DNA from: Euprymna scolopes
Taxonomy: Eukaryota
Length of the DNA: 63,872 nucleotides
Reading direction: 5' to 3' (one strand)
NCBI GenBank assembly: GCA_053919585.1
Contig: CM132820.1
The notes below the pieces were generated by a model. The model saw only the letters and a program-made list of their open reading frames with translations, had not been told where the DNA came from and ran no database searches. The position numbers and the translations under genes were made by a program. Shown here piece after piece: positions 50,501-63,872 of this stretch (its first letter is position 1; each line of letters starts with the position of its first letter).

Positions 50501-53500
50501 AATGCATAGTTTTAAATTGCGTACCAATTAGTATGTAATGCATAGTTTGAAATTGCGTACCAATTAGTATGTAATGCATAGTTTGAAATTGCGTACCAAG
50601 TAGTATGTAATGCATAGTTTGAAATTGCGTACCAATTAGTATGTAATGCATAGTTTGAAATTGCGTACCAATTAGTATGTAATGCATAGTGTGAAATTGC
50701 GTACCAATTAGTATGTAATGCATAGTTTTAAATTGCGTACCAATTAGTATGTACTGCATAGTTTGAAATTGCGTACCAATTAGTATGTAATGCATAGTTT
50801 GCAATAGCGTACCAATTAGTATGTAATGCATAGTGTGAAATTGCGTACCAATTAGTATGTAATGCCTAGTTTGAAATTGCGTACCAATTAGTATGTAATG
50901 CATAGTTTGAAATTGCGTACCAATTTGTATGTAATGCATAGTGGGAATTTCGTACCAATGAGTATGTAATGCATAGTTTGAAATTGCGTACCAATTAGTA
51001 TGTAATGCATAGTTTGAAATTACGTACAAATTAGTATGTAATGCATAGTTTGAAATTGCGTACCAATTAGTATGTAATGCATAGTTTGAAATTGCGTACC
51101 AATTAGTATGTAATGCATAGTTTGAAATTGCGTACCAATTAGTATGTAATGCATAGTTTGAAATTGCGTACCAATTAGTATGTAATGCATAGTTTGAAAT
51201 TGCGTACCAATTAGTATGTAATGCATAGTGTGAAATAGCGTACCAATTAGTATGTAATGCATAGTTTGAAATAGCGTACCAATTAGTATGTATTGCATAG
51301 TTTGAAATTGCGTACCAATTAGTATGTAAAGCATAGATGAAATTGCCTACCAATTAGTATGTAATGCATAGTTTTAAATTGCGTACCAATTAGTATGTAA
51401 TTCATAGTTTGAAATTTCGTACCAATTAGTATGTAATGCATAGTTTGAAATTGCGTACCAATTAGTATGTAATGCATAGTTTTAAAAAGCGTACCAATAA
51501 GTATGTAATTCATAGTTTGAAATTGCGTACCAATTAGTATGTAATGCATAGTTTGAAATTGCGTACCAATTAGTATGTAATGCATAGTTTGAAATTGCGT
51601 ACCAATTAGTATGTAATGCATAGTTTGAAATTGCGTACCAATTAGTATGTAATGCATAGTTGTAAATTGCGTACCAATTAGTATGTAATGCATAGTTTGA
51701 AATTGCGTACCAATTAGTATGTAATGCATAGTTTGTAAATTGCGTACCAATTAGTATGTAATGCATAGTTTGAAATTGCGTACCAATTAGTATGTAATGC
51801 ATAGTTTGAAATTGCGTACCAATGAGTATGTAATGCATAGTTTTAAATTGCGTACCAATTAGTATGTAATGCATAGTTTGAAATTGCGTACCAATTAGTA
51901 TGTAATGCATAGTTTGAAATTGCGTACCAATTAGTATGTAATGCATAGTTTGAAATTGCGTACAAATTAGTATGTAATGCATAGTTTGAAATTGCGTACA
52001 ATTAGTATGTAATGCATAGTTTGAAATTGCGTACCAATTAGTATGTAATGCATAGTTTGAAATTGCGTACCAATTAGTATGTAATGCATAGTTTTAAATT
52101 GCGTACCAATTAGTATTTAATGCATAGTTTGAAATTGCGTACCAATTAGTATGTAATGCATAGTTTGAAATTGCGTACCAATTAGTATGTAATGCATAGT
52201 TTGAAATTGCGTACCAATTAGTATGTAATGCATAGTTTGAAATTGCGTACCAATTAGTATGTAATGCATAGTTTGAAATAGCGTACCAATTAGTATGTAA
52301 TGCATAGTTTGAAATTGCGTACCAATTAGTATGTAATGCATAGTTTGAAATTGCGTACCAATTAGTATGTAATGCATAGTTTGAAATTGCGTACCAATTA
52401 GTATGTAATGCATAGTTTGAAATTGCGTACCAATTAGTATGTAATGCATAGTTTGAACTTGCGTACCAATTAGTATGTAATGCATAGTTTGAAATTGCGT
52501 ACCAATTAGTATGTAATGCATAGTTTGAAATTGCGTACCAATTAGTATATAATGCATAGTTTGAAAGAGCGTACCAATTAGTATGTAATGCATAGTTTGA
52601 AATTGCGTACCAATTAGTATGTAATGCATAGTTTGAAATTGCGTACCAATTAGTATGTAATGCATGGTTGTAAATAGCGTACCAATTAGTATGTAATGCA
52701 TGGTTGTAAATAGCGTACCAATTAGTATGTAATGCATAGTTTTAAATTGCGTACCAATTAGTATGTAATGCATAGTTTGAAATTGCGTAGCAATTAGTAT
52801 GTAATGCATAGTTTTAAATTGCGTACCAATTAGTATGTAATGCATAGTTTGAAATTGCGTACCAATTAGTATGTAATGCATAGTTTGAAATTGCGTACCA
52901 ATTAGTATGTAATGCATAGTGTGAAATAGCGTACCAATTAGTATGTAATGCATAGTGTGAAATAGCGTACCAATTAGTATGTAATGCATAGTTTGAAATT
53001 GCGTACCAATTAGTATGTAATGCATAGTTTTAAATTGCGTACCAATTAGTATGTAATGCATAGTTTTAAATTGCGTACCAATTAGTATGTAATGCATAGT
53101 TTGAAATTACGTACCAATTAGTATGTAATGCATAGTTTGAAATTGCGTACCACTTAATATGTAATGCATAGTTTGAAATTGCGTACAAATTAGTATGTAA
53201 TGCATAGTTTGAAATTGCGTACCAATTAGTATGTAATGCATAGTTTGAAATTGCGTACCAATTCGTATGTAATGCATAGTTTGAAATTGCGTACCAATTA
53301 GTATGTAATGCATAGTGTGACATAGCGTACCAATAAGTATGTAATTCATAGTTTTAAATTGCGTACCAATTAGTATGTAATGCATAGTTTGAAATTGCGT
53401 ACCAATTAGTATGTAATGCATAGTTTGAAATTGCGTACCAATTAGTATGTAATGCATAGTTTGAAATTGCGTACAAATTAGTATGTAATGCATAGTTTGA

Positions 53501-56500
53501 AATTGCGTACCAATTAGTATGTAATGCATAGTTTGAAATAGCGTACCAATTAGTATGTAATGCATAGTTTGAAATTGCGTACCAATTAGTATGTAATGCA
53601 TAGTTTGAAATTGCGTACCAATTAGTATGTAATGCATAGTTTGAAATTGCGTACCAATTAGTATGTAATGCATAGTTTGAAATTGCGTACCAATTAGTAT
53701 GTAATGCATAGTTTGAAATTGCGTACCAATTAGTATGTAATGCATAGTTTGAAATTGCGTACCAATTAGTATGTAATGCATAGTTAGAAATTGCGTACCA
53801 ATTAGTATGTAATGCATAGTTTGAAATAGCGTACCAATTTGTATGTAATGCATAGTTTGAAATTGCGTACCAATTAGTATGTAATGCATAGTTTGAAATT
53901 GCGTACCAATTAGTATGTAATGCATAGTGTGAAATTGCGTACCAATTATTATGTAATGCATAGTTTGAAATTGCGTACACATTAGTATGTAATTCATAGT
54001 TTGAAATTGCGTACCAATTAGTATGTAATGCATAGTTTGCAATAGCGTACCAATTAGTATGTAATGCATAGTTTGAAATTGCGTACCAATTAGTATGCAA
54101 TGCATAGTTTGAAATTGCGTACTAATTAGTATGTAATGCATAGTTTGAAATTGCGTACCAAGTAGTATGTAATGCATAGTTTGAAATTGCGTACCAATTA
54201 GTATGTAATGCATAGTTTGAAATTGCGTACAAATTAGTATGTAATGCATAGTTTTAAATTGCGTACCAATTAGTATGTAATGCATAGTTTGAAATAGCGT
54301 ACCAATTAGTATGTAATGCATAGTTTGAAATTGCGTACCAATTAGTATGTAATGCATAGTTTGAAATTGCGTACCAATTAGTATGTAATGCATAGTTTGA
54401 AATTGCGTACCAATTAGTATGTAATGCATAGTTTGAAATTGCGTACCAATTAGTATGTAATGCATAGTTTTAAATTGCGTACCAATTAGTATGTAATGCA
54501 TAGTTTGAAATTGCGTACCAATTAGTATGTAATGCATAGTTTGAAATTTCGTACCAATTAGTATGTAATGCATAGTTTGAAATAGCGTACCAATTAGTAT
54601 GTAATGCATAGTTTGAAATTTCGTACGAATTAGTATGTAATGCATAGTTTGAAATTGCGTACCAATTAGTATGTAATGCATCGTGTGAAATTGCGTACCA
54701 ATTATTATGTAATGCATAGTTTGAAATTGCGTACACATTAGTATGTAATGCATAGTTTGAAATTGCGTACCAATTAGTATGTAATGCATAGTTTGAAATT
54801 GCGTACCAATTAGTATGTAATGCATAGTTTTAAATTGCGTACCAATTAGTATGCAATGCATAGTTTGAAATTGCGTACTAATTAGTATGTAATGCATAGT
54901 TTGAAATTGCGTACCAAGTAGTATGTAATGCATAGTTTGAAATTGCGTACGAATTAGTTAGTAATGCATAGTTTGAAATTGCGTACCAATTAGTATGTAA
55001 TGCATAGTGTGAAAGTGCGTACCAATTAGTATGTAATGCATAGTTTGAAATTGCGTACCAATTAGTATGTAATGCATAGTTTGAAATTGCGTACCAATTA
55101 GTATGTAATGCATAGTTTGCAATAGCGTACCAATTAGTATGTAATGCATAGTTTGAAATTGCGTACCAATTAGTATGTAATGCATAGTTTGAAATTGCGT
55201 ACCAATTAGTATGTAATGCATAGTTTGAAATTGCGTACCAATTAGTATGTAATGCATAGTGGGAATTGCGTACCAATGAGTATGTAATGCATAGTTTGAA
55301 ATTGCGTACCAATTAGTATGTAATGCATAGTTTGAAATTACGTACCAATTAGTATGTAATGCATAGTTTGAAATTGCGTACCAATTAGTATGTAATGCAT
55401 AGTTTGAAATTGCGTACCAATTAGTATGTAATGCATAGTTTGAAATTGCGTACCAATTAGTATGTAATGCATAGTTTGAAATTGCGTACCAATTAGTATG
55501 TAATGCATAGTGTGAAATAGCGTACCAATTAGTATGTAATGCATAGTTTGAAATAGCGTACCAATTAGTATGTATTGCATAGTTTGAAATTGCGTACCAA
55601 TTAGTATGTAAAGCATAGATGAAATTGCGTACCAATTAGTATGTAATGCATAGTTTGAAATTGCGTACCAATTAGTATGTAATGCATAGTTTGAAATTGC
55701 GTACCAATTAGTATGTAATGCATAGTGTGAAATTGCGTACCAATTAGTATGAAATGCATAGTTTGAAATAGCGTACCAATAAGTATGTAATTCATAGTTT
55801 GAAATTGCGTACCAATTAGTATGTAATGCATAGTTTTAAATTGCGTACCAATTAGTATGTAATGCATAGTTTGAAATTGCGTACCAATTAGTATGTAATG
55901 CATAGTTTGAAATTGCGTACCAATTAGTATGTAATGCATAGTTTGAAATTGCGTACCAATTAGTATGTAATGCATAGTTTGAAATTGCGTACCAATTAGT
56001 ATGTAATGCATAGTTTGTAAATTGCGTACCAATTAGTATGTAATGCATAGTTTTAAATTGCGTACCAATTAGTATGTAATGCATAGTTTGAAATTGCGTA
56101 CCAATGAGTATGTAATGCATAGTTTTAAATTGCGTACCAATTAGTATGTAATGCATAGTTTTAAATTGCGTACCAATTAGTATGTAATGCATAGTTTGAA
56201 ATTGCGTACCAATTAGTATGTAATGTATAGTTTGAAATTGCGTACCAATTAGTATGTAATGCATAATTTGAAATAGCGTACCAATTAGTATGTAATGCAT
56301 AGTTTGAAATTGCGTACCAATTAGTATGTAATGCATAGTTTGAAATTGCGTACCAATTAGTATGTAATGCATAGTTTGAAATTGCGTACCAATTAGTATG
56401 TAATGCATAGTTCGAAATTGCGTACCAATTAGTATGTAATGCATAGTTTGAAATTGCGTACCAATTAGTATGTAATGCATAGTTTGAAATAGCGTACCAA

Positions 56501-59500
56501 TTACTATGTAATGCATAGTTTGAAATTGCGTACCAATTAGTATGTAATGCATAGTTTGAAATTGCGCACCAATTAGTATGTAATGCATAGTTTGAAATTG
56601 CGTACCAATTAGTATGTAATGCATAGTGTGAAATTGCGTACCAATTAGTATGTAATGCATAGTTTGAAATTGCGTACCAATTAGTATGTAATGCATAGTG
56701 TGAAATTGCGTACCAATTAGTATGTAATGCATAGTTTGAAATTGCGTACCAATTAGTATGTAATGCATAGTGTGAAATTGCGTACCAATGAGTATGTAAT
56801 GCATAGTATTAAATTGCGTACCAATTAGTATGTAATGCATAGTTTGAAATTGCGTACCAATTAGTATGTAATGCATAGTTTGAAATTGCGTACGAATTAG
56901 TATGTAATGCATAGTTTGAAATTGCGTACGAATTTGTATGTAATGCATAGTTTGAAATTGCGTACCAATTAGTATGTAATGCATAGTTTGAAATTGCGTA
57001 CCAATTAGTATGTACTGCACAGTTTGAAATTGCGTACCAATTAGTATGTAATGCATAGTGTGAAATAGCGTACCAATTAGTATGTAATGCATAGTTTGAA
57101 ATAGCGTACCAATTAGTATGTAATGCATAGTTTGAAATTGCGTACCAATAAGTATGTATTGCATAGTTTGAAATTGCGTACCAATTAGTATGTAATGCAT
57201 AGTTTGAAATTGCGTACCAATTAGTATGTAATGCATAGTGTGACATAGCGTACCAATTAGTATGTAATGCATAGTTTGAAATTGCGTACCAATTAGTATG
57301 TAATGCATAGTGTGAAATAGCGTACCAATTAGTATGTAATGCATAGTGTGAAATAGCGTACCAATTAGTATGTAATGCATAGTTTGAAATAGCGTACCAA
57401 TTAGTATGTAATGCATAGTTTGAAATTGCGTACCAATTAGTATGTAATGCATAGTGTGAAATAGCGTACAAATTAGTATGTAATGCATAGTTTGAAATTG
57501 CGTACCAATTAGTATGTAATGCATAGTTTGAAATTGCGTACCAATTAGTATGTAATGCATAGTTTGAAATTGCGTACCAATTAGTATGTAATGCATAGTT
57601 TGAAATTGCGTACCAATTAGTATGTAATGCATAGTTTGAAATTGCGTACCAATTAGTATGTAATGCATAGTTTGAAATTGCGTACCAATTAGTATGTAAT
57701 GCATAGTTTGAAATTGCGTACCAATTAGTATGTAATGCATAGTTTGAAATAGCGTACCAATTAGTATGTAATGCATAGTTTGAAATTGCGTACCAATTAG
57801 TATGTAATGCATAGTTTGAAATTGCGTACCAATTAGTATGTAATGCATAGTGTGAAATTGCGTACCAATTATTATGTAATGCATAGTTTGAAATTGCGTA
57901 CACATTAGTATGTAATGCATAGTTTGAAATTGCGTACCAATAAGTATGTAATGCATAGTTTGAAATTGCGTACCAATTAGTATGTAATGCATAGTTTGAA
58001 ATTGCATACCAATTAGTATGCAATGCATAGTTTTAAATTGCGTACTAATTAGTATGTAATGCATAGTTTGAAATTGCGTACCAAGTAGTATGTAATGCAT
58101 AGTTTGAAATTGCGTACGAATTAGTATGTAATGCATAGTTTGAAATTGCGTACCAATTAGTATGTAATGCATAGTGTGAAAGTGCGTACCAATTAGTATG
58201 TAATGCATAGTTTGAAATTGCGTACCAATTAGTATGTAATGCATAGTTTTAAATTGCGTACCAATTAGTATGTAATGCATAGTGGAAATTGCGTACCAAT
58301 GAGTATGTAATGCATAGTTTGAAATTTCGTACCAATTAGTATGTAATGCATAGTTTGAAATTACGTACCAATTAGTATGTAATGCATAGTTTGAAATTGC
58401 GTACCAATTAGTATGTAATGCATAGTTTGAAATTGCGTACCAATTAGTATGTAATGCATAGTTTGAAATTGCGTACCAATTAGTATGTAATGCATAGTTT
58501 GAAATTGCGTACCAATTAGTATGTAATGCATAGTGTGAAATAGCGTACCAATTAGTATGTAATGCATAGTTTGAAATAGCGTACCAATTAGTATGTATTG
58601 CATAGTTTGAAATTGCGTACCAATTAGTATGTAAAGCATAGATGAAATTGCGTACCAATTAGTATGTAATGCATAGTTTGAAATTGCGTACCAATTAGTA
58701 TGTAATGCATAGTTTGAAATTGCGTACCAATTAGTATGTAATGCATAGTGTGAAATTGCGTACCAATTAGTATGTAATGCCTAGTTTGAAATAGCGTACC
58801 AATAAGTATGTAATGCATAGTTTGAAATTGCGTACCAATTAGTATGTAATGCATAGTTTTAAATTGCGTACCAATTAGTATGTAATGCATAGTTTGAAAT
58901 TGCGTACCAATTAGTATGTAATGCATAGTTTGAAATTGCGTACCAATTAGTATGTAATGCATAGTGGGAATTGCGTACCAATGAGTATGTAATGCATAGT
59001 TTGAAATTGCGTACCAATTAGTATGTAATGCATAGTTTGAAATTACGTACCAATTAGTATGTAATGCATAGTTTGAAATTGCGTACCAATTAGTATGTAA
59101 TGCATAGTTTGAAATTGCGTACCAATTAGTATGTAATGCATAGTTTGAAATTGCGTACCAATTAGTATGTAATGCATAGTTTGAAATTGCGTACCAATTA
59201 GTATGTAATGCATAGTATGAAATAGCGTACCAATTAGTATGTAATGCATAGTTTGAAATAGCGTACCAATTAGTATGTATTGCATAGTTTGAAATTGCGT
59301 ACCAATTAGTATGTAAAGCATAGATGAAATTGCGTACAAATTAGTATGTAATGCATAGTTTGAAATTGCGTACCAATTAGTATGTAATGCATAGTTTGAA
59401 ATTGCGTACCAATTAGTATGTAATGCATAGTGTGAAATTGCGTACCAATTAGTATGTAATGCATAGTTTGAAATAGCGTACCAATAAGTATGTAATTCAT

Positions 59501-62500
59501 AGTTTGAAATTGCGTACCAATTAGTATGTAATGCATAGTTTTAAATTGCGTACCAATTAGTATGTAATGCATAGTTTGAAATTGCGTACCAATTAGTATG
59601 TAATGCATAGTTTGAAATTGCGTACCAATTAGTATGTAATGCATAGTTTGAAATTGCGTACCAATTAGTATGTAATGCATAGTTTGAAATTGCGTACCAA
59701 TTAGTATGTAATGCATAGTTTGTAAATTGCGTACCAATTAGTATGTAATGCATAGTTTTAAATTGCGTACCAATTAGTATGTAATGCATAGTTTGAAATT
59801 GCGTACCAATGAGTATGTAATGCATAGTTTTAAATTGCGTACCAATTAGTATGTAATGCATAGTTTGAAATTGCGTACCAATTAGTATGTAATGCATAGT
59901 TTGAAATTGCGTACCAATTAGTATGTAATGTATAGTTTGAAATTGCGTACCAATTAGTATGTAATGCATAATTTGAAATAGCGTACCAATTAGTATGTAA
60001 TGCATAGTTTGAAATTGCGTACCAATTAGTATGTAATGCATAGTTTGAAATTACGTACCAATTAGTATGTAATGCATAGTTTGAAATTGCGTACCAATTA
60101 GTATGTAATGCATAGTTCGAAATTGCGTACCAATTAGTATGTAATGCATAGTTTGAAATTGCGTACCAATTAGTATGTAATGCATAGTTTGAAATAGCGT
60201 ACCAATTACTATGTAATGCATAGTTTGAAATTGCGTACCAATTAGTATGTAATGCATAGTTTGAAATTGCGCACCAATTAGTATGTAATGCATAGTTTGA
60301 AATTGCGTACCAATTAGTATGTAATGCATAGTTTGAAATTGCGTACCAATTAGTATGTAATGCATAGTTTGAAATTGCGTACCAATTAGTATGTAATGCA
60401 TAGTGTGAAATTGCGTACCAATTAGTATGTAATGCATAGTTTGAAATTGCGTACCAATTAGTATGTAATGCATAGTGTGAAATTGCGTACCAATGAGTAT
60501 GTAATGCATAGTATTAAATTGCGTACCAATTAGTATGTAATGCATAGTTTGAAATTGCGTACCAATTAGTATGTAATGCATAGTTTGAAATTGCGTACGA
60601 ATTAGTATGTAATGCATAGTTTGAAATTGCGTACGAATTTGTATGTAATGCATAGTTTGAAATTGCGTACCAATTAGTATGTAATGCATAGTTTGAAATT
60701 GCGTACCAATTAGTATGTACTGCATAGTTTTAAATTGCGTACCAATTAGTATGTAATGCATAGTGTGAAATAGCGTACCAATTAGTATGTAATGCATAGT
60801 TTGAAATAGCGTACCAATTAGTATGTAATGCATAGTTTGAAATTGCGTACCAATAAGTATGTATTGCATAGTTTGAAATTGCGTACCAATTAGTATGTAA
60901 TGCATAGTTTGAAATTGCGTACCAATTAGTATGTAATGCATAGTGTGACATAGCGTACCAATTAGTATGTAATGCATAGTTTGAAATTGCGTACCAATTA
61001 GTATGTAATGCATAGTGTGAAATAGCGTACCAATTAGTATGTAATGCATAGTGTGAAATAGCGTACCAATTAGTATGTAATGCATAGTTTGAAATAGCGT
61101 ACCAATTAGTATGTAATGCATAGTTTGAAATTGCGTACCAATTAGTATGTAATGCATAGTGTGAAATAGCGTACAAATTAGTATGTAATGCATAGTTTGA
61201 AATTGCGTACCAATTAGTATGTATTGCCGAGTTTGAAATTGCGTACCAATTAGTATGTAATGCATAGTTTGAAATTGCGTACGAATTTGTATGTAATGCA
61301 TAGTTTGAAATTGCGTACCAATTAGTATGTAATGCATAGTTTGAAATTGCGTACGAATTAGTATGTAATGCATAGTTTGAAATTGCGTACCAATTAGTAT
61401 GTAATGCATAGTTTGAAATAGCGTACCAATTAGTATGTAATGCATAGTGTGAAATTGCGTACCAATTTGTATGTAATGCATAGTTTGAAATTGCGTACCA
61501 ATTAGTATGTAATGCATAGTGTGAAAAAGCGTACCAATTTGTATGTAATGCATAGTTTGAAATAGCGTACCAATTAGTATGTAATGCATAGTTTGAAATT
61601 GCGTACCAATTAGTATGTAATGCATAGTTTGAAATTGCGTACCAATTAGTATGTAATGCATAGTTTGAAATAGCGTACCAATTAGTATGTAATGCAAGTT
61701 TGAAATTGCGTACCAATTAGTATGTAAAGCATAGTTTGAAATTGCGTACCAATTAGTATGTAATGCATAGTTTGAAATTGCGTACCAATTAGTATGTAAT
61801 GCATGGTTGTAAATAGCGTACCAATTAGTATGTAATGCATAGTTTGAAATTGCGTACCAATTATTATGTAATGCATAGTTTGAAATTGCGTACACATTAG
61901 TATGTAATGCATAGTTTGAAATTGCGTACAAATTAGTATGTAATGCATAGTTTGAAATTGCGTACCAATTAGTATGTAATGATTAGTTTGAAATTGCGTA
62001 CCAATTAGTATGTAATGCATAGTGTGAAATAGCGTGCCAATTAGTATGTAATGCATAGTTTGAAATAGCGTACCAATTAGTATGTAATGCATAGTTTTAA
62101 ATTGCGTACCAATTAGTATGTAATGCATAGTTTTAAATTGTGTACCAATTAGTATGTAATGCATAGTTTGAAATTGCGTACCAATTAGTATGTAATGCAT
62201 AGTTTGAAATTGCGTACCAATTAGTATGTAATGCATAGTTTGAAATTGCGTACAAATTAATATGTAATGCATAGTTTGAAATTGCGTACCAATTAGTATG
62301 TAATGCATAGTGTGAAATTGCGTACCAATTAGTATGTAATGCATAGTTTGAAATTGCGTACACATTAGTATGTAATGCATAGTTTGAAATTGCGTACCAA
62401 TTAGTATGTAATGCAAAGTGTGAAATAGCGTACCAATAAGTATGTAATTCACAGTTTGAAATTGCGTACCAATTAGTATGTAATGCATAGTTTGAAATTG

Positions 62501-63872
62501 CGTACCAATTAGTATGTAATGCATAGTTTGAAATTGCGTACCAATTAGTATGTAATGCATAGTTTGAAATTGCGTACAAATTAGTATTTTATGCATAGTT
62601 TGAAATTGCGTACAATTAGTATGTAATGCATAGTTTGTAATTGCGTACCAATTAGTATGTAATGCATAGTTTGAAATTGCGTACCAATTAGTATGTAATG
62701 CATAGTTTGAAATTGCGTACCAATTAGTATGTAATGCATAGTTTGAAATTGCGTACCAATTAGTATGTAATGCATAGTTTGAAATTGCGTACCAATTAGT
62801 ATGTAATGCATAGTTTGAAATTGCGTACCAATTAGCAAGTAATGCATAGTTTGAAATTGCGTACAAATTAGTATGTAATGCATAGTTTGAAATAGCGTAC
62901 CAATTAGTATGTAATGCATAGTTTGAAATTGCGTACCAATTAGTATGTAATGCATAGTTTGAAATTGCGTACTAATTAGTATGTAATGCATAGTTTGAAA
63001 TTGCGTACCAATTAGTATGTAATGCATAGTTTGAAATTGCGTACCAATTAGTATGTAATGCATAGTTTGAACTTGCGTACCAATTAGTATGTAATGCATA
63101 GTTTGAAATTGCGTACCAATTAGTATGTAATGCATAGTTTGAAATTGCGTACAAATTAATATGTAATGCATAGTTTGAAATTGCGTACCAATTAGTATGT
63201 AATGCATAGTTTGAAATTGCGTACCAATTAGTATGTAATGCATAGTTTGAAATTTCGTACACATTAATATGTAATGCATAGTTTGAAATTGCGTACCAAT
63301 TAGTATGTAATGCATGGTTGTAAATAGCGTACCAATTAGTATGTAATGCATAGTTTGAAATTGCGTACCAATTCGTATGTAATGCATAGTTTGAAATTGC
63401 GTACCAATTAGTATGTAATGCATAGTTTTAAATTGCGTACCAATTAGTATGTAATGCATAGTTTGAAATTGCGTACCAATTAGTATGTAATGCATAGTTT
63501 GAAATTGCGTACCAATTAGTATGTAATGCATAGTTTGAAATTGCGTACCAATTAGTATGTAATGCATAGTGTGAAATTGCGTACCAATTAGTATGTAATG
63601 CATAGTTTGAAATAGCGTACCAATTAGTATGTAATGCATAGTTTGAAATTGCGTACCAATTAGTATGTAATGCATAGTTTTAAATTGCGTACCAATTAGT
63701 ATGTAATGCATAGTTTGAAATTGCGTACCAATTAGTATGTAATGCATAGTTCGAAATTGCGTACCAATTAGTATGTAATGCATAGTTTGAAATTGCGTAC
63801 CAATTAGTATGTAATGCATAGTTTGAAATTGCGTACCAATTAGTATGTAATGCATAGTTTGAAATTGCGTAC
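26567..63872 (+). repeat. 36-bp tandem satellite, about 1,040 copies, consensus AGTTTGAAATTGCGTACCAATTAGTATGTAATGCAT
   Basis: Head-to-tail, single orientation, mostly 0-2 substitutions per unit, occasional 35/37-bp variants, no insertions seen; continues past the window end. Confidence 0.99.

Noticed and set aside
26553-63855. Long minus-strand ORFs of (MHYILIGTQFQT)n and (NYALHTNWYAIS)n, up to 940 aa
   Set aside because: A 36-bp unit is a multiple of 3 and two frames lack stops by chance. Variants create stops in both frames and 35/37-bp units shift frame freely, so there is no sign of coding constraint.
26567-63872. CRISPR-like 36-bp repeat with GTTTGAAA
   Set aside because: No spacers, no cas genes, eukaryotic context.

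Overview
AT-rich eukaryotic (probably invertebrate animal) repeat DNA; I cannot support any host protein-coding gene. Positions 1-26.0 kb are a mosaic of microsatellites, seven N-runs and decayed mobile elements: a Penelope-like (Naiad-type) RT remnant, an internally deleted Gypsy LTR element, two RLE (R4/Dong-type) LINE remnants, a Tc1/mariner element nested in one of them, a CR1-type fragment, a 5S-derived SINE-like unit, palindromes and Helitron-like ends. Positions ~26.6-63.9 kb are one uninterrupted 36-bp satellite (about 1,040 copies); its long ORFs are artefacts. The most striking unannotated signal is about 15 type I hammerhead-ribozyme motifs from about 9 unrelated sequence families within the first 22 kb. 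Three families form divergent inverted pairs. Two families sit directly behind tRNA-derived Pol III promoter-like heads, and one of these forms a 342-nt ribozyme-to-ribozyme unit (retrozyme-like). Also notable: a triplicated LTR-end/primer-binding-site cassette, a TTAGGG tract inside the Gypsy pol frame, and a preserved ancestral-repeat gradient at the satellite edge. All folds and alignments were done by eye; no search or folding program was run.
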